A DNA stretch of 64,000 nt from an uncultured Clostridia bacterium (lineage in GTDB: Bacteria > Bacillota > Clostridia > TANB77 > CAG-465): the NCBI GenBank assembly GCA_947630145.1, contig CANRGL010000001.1, positions 17,289 to 81,288 of the forward strand. Reading direction: 5' to 3'. This document shows, one piece after another, positions 59,372 through 64,000 of the stretch. Positions within the stretch are counted from its first letter, which is position 1. Every line of letters starts with the position of its first letter. The translations under genes were made by a program, and so were the position numbers. The notes beneath the pieces are model-generated. The model was not told where the DNA came from and searched no databases. It was given only the letters and a program-made list of their open reading frames with translations.

Positions 59372-59830
59372 TTATATTGTCATCAATAATTCATTATTTA
59401 TAACTTTTATAATTCGTTTTTTATCGTTTATAGTAAATTCAAAATATTCATTTTCTTTTAGAACTACTACAAACTCAGTTGCTCTTCCATCAATTATTGT
59501 ACCAGTAGTTGACGGATCATAAACATGATCTATAAATACAATATACCCATCAATTTTTTCTGTTTCATCAGACACAAATAAATTAAGCTCTTTATTTTTG
59601 GCTATAATTTCAAAGCTTTCTATATGTGTGCATAAATACCTGCTCTTATCAATTATATTCTTTTCATTAAATATTTTACGTACATTAACATTAATTTTTA
59701 AGCTTGAGAAGTAAATAGGGATAGTTTTTGGTAAAAATGATTCTGAGTCTATTATAGCAAACTCAATACCATCAATAGTTTTAATAGTTTCCTTTAAGTT
59801 GTCTACAAAAATTCTTTTAATTAAGTACAT
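59372..59830 (-). CDS. hypothetical protein
   Basis: 152-aa ORF. Confidence 0.3.
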   Translation of the reverse strand: MYLIKRIFVDNLKETIKTIDGIEFAIIDSESFLPKTIPIYFSSLKINVNVRKIFNEKNIIDKSRYLCTHIESFEIIAKNKELNLFVSDETEKIDGYIVFIDHVYDPSTTGTIIDGRATEFVVVLKENEYFEFTINDKKRIIKVINNELLMTI

Positions 59831-59987
59831 AGAAAATCCTCCTAATAATGTTAATTGATTGTTTATTGCAATAATATTTGCAATACTTACATATGATTTA
59901 CGTTAACATATTATCATACTTTTACTTATATGTCAAGGATAATCTATTATTTTTATATTTTCAAGTATATTTTTTACAAAGTTAGCC

Positions 59988-60482
59988 CTATGATAATAAT
60001 TTTATAATTTTATCTGGATTTTCAGATATTACCATATATACATAATTTCCTATTATTCCAATTTTTCTATTTTTTACTAATTCATATTGATCTGGAAGGT
60101 ATGTAGACCATTCTGTTTCATATTCTTTTGAATAGCTTTCTAATGCTAAGCGTACGTCTTGTAAATTTTCTTTTTGTGTTTTAATTATTACATACATAGA
60201 TGGTTTTGTATTTATTATTGGTGATTTTCCTATTATATCTTGAATTTTATTTACATCAATTAAAAAAGTTGAAGTGGCAAAGTCTTTATCTATGTCTTGC
60301 ATCTTTTTATAATCGAATTCGTTTGTTTCTTGTATTTTTTTGCTAAGTTCTTGAAGTGAAATATTAATCTCTTTATTTTCTTTTTTATTATTATTTTTAT
60401 ATACAAAAATAACAACTAAAAAAATTAATATTGATAATATTGCTAATAAAGATATAATTATTAGGATATTTCTTTTTTTCAC
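59988..60482 (-). CDS. membrane-anchored hypothetical protein
   Basis: 164 aa with an N-terminal TM anchor. Confidence 0.3.
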   Translation of the reverse strand: MKKRNILIIISLLAILSILIFLVVIFVYKNNNKKENKEINISLQELSKKIQETNEFDYKKMQDIDKDFATSTFLIDVNKIQDIIGKSPIINTKPSMYVIIKTQKENLQDVRLALESYSKEYETEWSTYLPDQYELVKNRKIGIIGNYVYMVISENPDKIIKLLS

Positions 60483-60499
60483 CTTATCACCCCGTATTG

Positions 60500-61933
60500 T
60501 TATTTATTTAAAATTTCTAATAAGAATTTATTTACAACGCCTGGATTTGCTTTTCCATGAGTTTCTTTCATAACTTGACCTACTAAGAAACCTAAAGCTC
60601 TATCTTTTCCTGCCCTATAATCTTCTATAGATTTAGGATTAGCACTTACTACTTTTTCAACAATTTCTTTTATTGCACCTTCATCTGACATTTGAACCAT
60701 TCCATTATCTTCTACTATCTTATTTGCGTCTTTTCCAGTTTCAAACATTTCATCAAATACTTTTTTTGCAATTTTAGAACTTATTGTTCCTTTATCAATA
60801 AGCATAATTAAATGTGCTAAATTTTCTGGTGTTATTTTACTTTCATTAATTTCTAATTGGGCGTCATTTAATTTTTTTGTAAAGTCAACCATTATCCAGT
60901 TTGATACGGCTTTTGGATTATTACAAATACTTGTTGCTTCTTCAAAATATTTTGCTGTATTTTTTGAAGATGTAAGTATATCTGCATCATATTCTGGTAA
61001 AGAATATTCTTTTACATATCTTTCCCTTTTTATATGTGGAAGTTCTGGTAAATTATTTTTTATATTTTCTACATATTCATCAGATAAAACAATTGGTGCA
61101 AGATCTGGCTCTGGAAAATATCTGTAATCATTTGCGTCTTCTTTTGTACGCATAGCATATCCTATTCCTTTTGCATCATCAAATCTTCTTGTTTCTTGGT
61201 ATATTACACCGCCTTTTTCTAGTTCTTCTATTTGTCTTTTTGTTTCAAATTCTATTGAATCTTTTATTGATTTAAATGAATTTAAATTTTTTGTTTCAGT
61301 TCTTGTTCCAAATTCCTTGCTACCTTTTTCTCTTACAGATAAATTAACATCACATCTTAAAGATCCTTCTTGCATTTTACAATCACATACTTCAAGATAT
61401 TCTAAAATTGATTTTAAAGTTTGCATATATGAAACTGCCTCATCAGCACTTCTAATGTCAGGCTCTGATACTATTTCTATTAACGGTACAGCACATCTAT
61501 TCATATCTACAAGTGTTGCACCAGTATATGCATCGTGAATAAGTTTACCTGCATCTTCTTCTATATGTATTCTTGTAATACCAACTCTTTTTTTGTAATC
61601 GTTAACATTAAATTCTAAATATCCATGTTCACATAATGGTAAATCATATTGTGATGTTTGATATGCTTTTGGTAAGTCTGGATAAAAGTAATTTTTTCTA
61701 TCTTGTTTAGAAAATCTAGATATTTCACAATTTGTTGCAAGACCTGCTTTTACAGCATATTCAACAACTTTTTTATTTAATACTGGTAAAGTTCCAGGCA
61801 TTCCAGTACATATTGGACAACAATGAGTATTTGGATCTGCTCCAAATTCAGTTGAACAATTACAATATATTTTTGTATTAGTTGAAAGTTCTGCATGAAC
61901 TTCGAGTCCAATTACCACTTCATATTCTTTCAT
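60500..61933 (-). CDS. gatB: aspartyl/glutamyl-tRNA(Asn/Gln) amidotransferase subunit B
   Basis: IGLEVHAELSTNTKIYCNCSTEFGADPNTHCCPICTGMPGTLPVLN is the conserved GatB N-terminus. 477 aa. Confidence 0.9.
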   Translation of the reverse strand: MKEYEVVIGLEVHAELSTNTKIYCNCSTEFGADPNTHCCPICTGMPGTLPVLNKKVVEYAVKAGLATNCEISRFSKQDRKNYFYPDLPKAYQTSQYDLPLCEHGYLEFNVNDYKKRVGITRIHIEEDAGKLIHDAYTGATLVDMNRCAVPLIEIVSEPDIRSADEAVSYMQTLKSILEYLEVCDCKMQEGSLRCDVNLSVREKGSKEFGTRTETKNLNSFKSIKDSIEFETKRQIEELEKGGVIYQETRRFDDAKGIGYAMRTKEDANDYRYFPEPDLAPIVLSDEYVENIKNNLPELPHIKRERYVKEYSLPEYDADILTSSKNTAKYFEEATSICNNPKAVSNWIMVDFTKKLNDAQLEINESKITPENLAHLIMLIDKGTISSKIAKKVFDEMFETGKDANKIVEDNGMVQMSDEGAIKEIVEKVVSANPKSIEDYRAGKDRALGFLVGQVMKETHGKANPGVVNKFLLEILNK

Positions 61934-61936
61934 TTA

Positions 61937-63670
61937 TTATTCTACCTCCTTTAATAACAAAGTAAATTTTTCTTGTATATAATTTAACAATTCATCTTTA
62001 TTAACAAGAGACTCGTTATCTTCATTTGATATTTTTACTTCAAATACTCCCTCTGATAAATTTCTAGGACTTATTACTACTCTTATTGGAGCACCAATTA
62101 AATCTGCATCTTTAAATTTTACTCCTGCACTTTTATTTCTATCGTCTAAAAGTACATCATATTTACGTTTTGTAAGAGTATTATACAACATATCAGTTTC
62201 TTTTTTTACATCTTCATTTTTTGTATAGTCGATTGGACATATATGAATATCAAATGGTGCAATACTTGCAGGCCAATTGATTTTATTTTCAGTTGATTTC
62301 TTTTCAACAACTGAGGCCATTAAACGTCCTACGCCAATACCATAACATCCCATAATAGGATTTTTTGATTTTCCATTTTCATCTAAATATGTCATATTCA
62401 TTTGTTTTGTATATTTATCTGATAATTTAAATATGTTTGCTACTTCAATTCCTTTTTCTATTTTAAGAGATTTTTTTAAGCACTCTGGGCAATAATCTTC
62501 ATCAGTTACTTTTGCTACATCTACAAATTCTACTTCTCCTACATCTCTTTTTATATTAAGCCCTGTATAATGATAATCTATTTCATTTGCACCAAAAACA
62601 AGACTTTCCTCATTTTCTAAAGATTTGTCATATACAACTATAGCTTTTTGATTTAAGTCTTTTGGACCTACAAAACCATATGCTATATTATCAGATTTTT
62701 CTTCTTTTCTTGGTATAAGTTTTTCATCATCAATTTTTAATAAATTACGTAATTTAGTTTCATTTACTTCTCTATCTGCACGAATAAACACTATTACTAT
62801 TTCATTTGTATCAAGCCTTGTGTATATAACAGCTTTCCCCATTTTTGATATAGGAATATTAGTAAACTGATGTAAGCTTTCAATCGTTTTTATACCTGGT
62901 GTATTTATTTTTTTTAGTTCTTCTATATTATCTGAAGCTATATCGTATTTTGAAGTATATGCAACCTCCATATTGGCACTATAATTACATTCATCACATA
63001 TAACAATTTTATCTTCACCAGCATCGCATAATAACATATATTCATGTGCACCACTACCACCCATCATACCAGTATCAGATGCTACTGCTATAACTTCTGG
63101 AATTCCTACTCTTCTAAATATTTTATTATATGCTTCATAAAATTTATCATATTCTTTGTCTAAACTTTTGCTATCAGTATGAAATGAATAAGCATCTTTC
63201 ATTGTAAATTCTCTTGCACGTATAAGTCCTGCACGTGGTCTTGCTTCATCTCTAAATTTTGTTTGAATTTGATATACACTAAATGGATACTTTTGATAAG
63301 AAGAAGCTTCATTTAAAAGTGAGAAAACAGTTGCTTCTTCATGAGTCATTGAAAGTACCATATCAGCATCTGTTCTATCTTTAAATCTTAAAAGTTCAGA
63401 ACCAATACTTGAGTACCTATCTGCCATTTCCCATAATTTTCTAGTTGCAACAAGTGGCATTAATATTTCTTGAGCTCCAAGTAAATCCATTTCTTCTCTT
63501 ATTATTTTTTCTATTTTTTTAGTTACTCTTCTTGCAAGTGGCATAAGAGTATACATTCCACTTGCCATTTGCTTTATATATCCACCTTTTAAAAGTAGGC
63601 CATGAGATTTTATTGTAGCTTCACTTGGCCATTCTTTTTTAGTTGTTGCAATAAGTTTTGATTGTAGCAT
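61937..63670 (-). CDS. proS: prolyl-tRNA synthetase (bacterial type)
   Basis: YQIQTKFRDEARPRAGLIRAREFTMKDAYSFH class II motif 2. AAAGGAGG + ATG (MLQSK) at 63670 is the likely start. Confidence 0.9.
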   Translation of the reverse strand: MLQSKLIATTKKEWPSEATIKSHGLLLKGGYIKQMASGMYTLMPLARRVTKKIEKIIREEMDLLGAQEILMPLVATRKLWEMADRYSSIGSELLRFKDRTDADMVLSMTHEEATVFSLLNEASSYQKYPFSVYQIQTKFRDEARPRAGLIRAREFTMKDAYSFHTDSKSLDKEYDKFYEAYNKIFRRVGIPEVIAVASDTGMMGGSGAHEYMLLCDAGEDKIVICDECNYSANMEVAYTSKYDIASDNIEELKKINTPGIKTIESLHQFTNIPISKMGKAVIYTRLDTNEIVIVFIRADREVNETKLRNLLKIDDEKLIPRKEEKSDNIAYGFVGPKDLNQKAIVVYDKSLENEESLVFGANEIDYHYTGLNIKRDVGEVEFVDVAKVTDEDYCPECLKKSLKIEKGIEVANIFKLSDKYTKQMNMTYLDENGKSKNPIMGCYGIGVGRLMASVVEKKSTENKINWPASIAPFDIHICPIDYTKNEDVKKETDMLYNTLTKRKYDVLLDDRNKSAGVKFKDADLIGAPIRVVISPRNLSEGVFEVKISNEDNESLVNKDELLNYIQEKFTLLLKEVE

Positions 63671-63836
63671 TTTATTCCTCCTTTTAAAGTTAGTAAAAAA
63701 CATTTAAAATACGCGTTTTTATTTATTAATATTTCAATTTATTTTTTTATAAAATATTAAATTAAAATTCTGTATCTTGTTAATATGTATCTATTTTTAA
63801 AATTTTTTCTTCATCAAATACTTTAGTTATAATTTA

Positions 63837-64000
63837 TTAAGCATTATTTAATTTATCATATACATTCTTTATTATTTCATATCTTAATCTAATTATTTTT
63901 TTATAAAACTCTTTTCTTTCTAGAGATATACAATCTATATTATCTATAAATTTATTTATTTTATCAATATCAACTTTAGGAAATATTTTTATTATAGCAT
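63837..64000 (-). CDS. C-terminal end of an unidentified gene continuing beyond window end
   Basis: Open minus-strand frame from the window edge to a TAA at 63837 (…KEFYKKIIRLRYEIIKNVYDKLNNA*). It is not in the ORF track because it is truncated. Confidence 0.25.
   Translation of the reverse strand, partial: AIIKIFPKVDIDKINKFIDNIDCISLERKEFYKKIIRLRYEIIKNVYDKLNNA

Noticed and set aside
60500-63703. gatB directly next to proS without gatC/gatA
   Set aside because: This is unusual at first glance, but standalone or second gatB copies are common in clostridia. It is not evidence of rearrangement.
1-64000. Scan for CRISPR arrays, rRNA and tRNA genes
   Set aside because: I found no regularly spaced short direct repeats and no GC-rich structured RNA-like segments. 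The few GC-rich spots are hairpins listed as terminator or oriT candidates.

Overview
Overview: AT-rich (about 25-28% GC) Firmicutes DNA, probably Clostridium; the TQXA adhesins resemble the C. perfringens Cpe0147 type. Nearly all genes are on the minus strand. I saw no rRNA, tRNA or CRISPR array.

Region 1 (1..11160): a tightly packed operon with the parts of a phosphorothioate-type DNA modification system (Ssp / BREX type 4-like). It encodes a PAPS-reductase/PP-loop protein with extra zinc-ribbon and 4Fe-4S domains, a 285-aa protein, a 1169-aa BrxC-like P-loop ATPase and a cysteine desulfurase. It is preceded by a 924-aa protein with RNA-polymerase-derived DNA-binding modules and followed by a PLD-nuclease/SF2-helicase fusion that runs off the window. 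This is the best candidate for an undescribed defence locus.

Region 2 (about 11300..44135): a 33-kb conjugative module. It has an XRE regulator, a LexA-box-controlled Y-family polymerase plus YolD, a CHAP hydrolase, sortase B, VirB3/VirB4/VirB6-like proteins, a VirD4 coupling protein, MobC and a relaxase with a candidate oriT, a DUF3991-Toprim protein, a 2405-aa methyltransferase-SNF2 'polyvalent' protein, a thioester-type VPKTG adhesin and ParAB. No integrase is in the window. The element ends abruptly inside uvrB (truncated at about codon 95), so the rest of the element, including the Ssp-like cargo and the integrase, probably continues past position 1.

Region 3 (44.5..64 kb): chromosomal backbone. 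It has a rhuM gene plus a rhuM pseudogene, an ABC exporter, two tandem near-identical LPVTG/TQXA thioester adhesin genes with a sortase, then recG, gatB and proS.

Other notable items: a 45-bp direct repeat flanks the uvrB stub, a 22-nt motif recurs at three gene 3' ends, and there are several consensus promoters and terminators.
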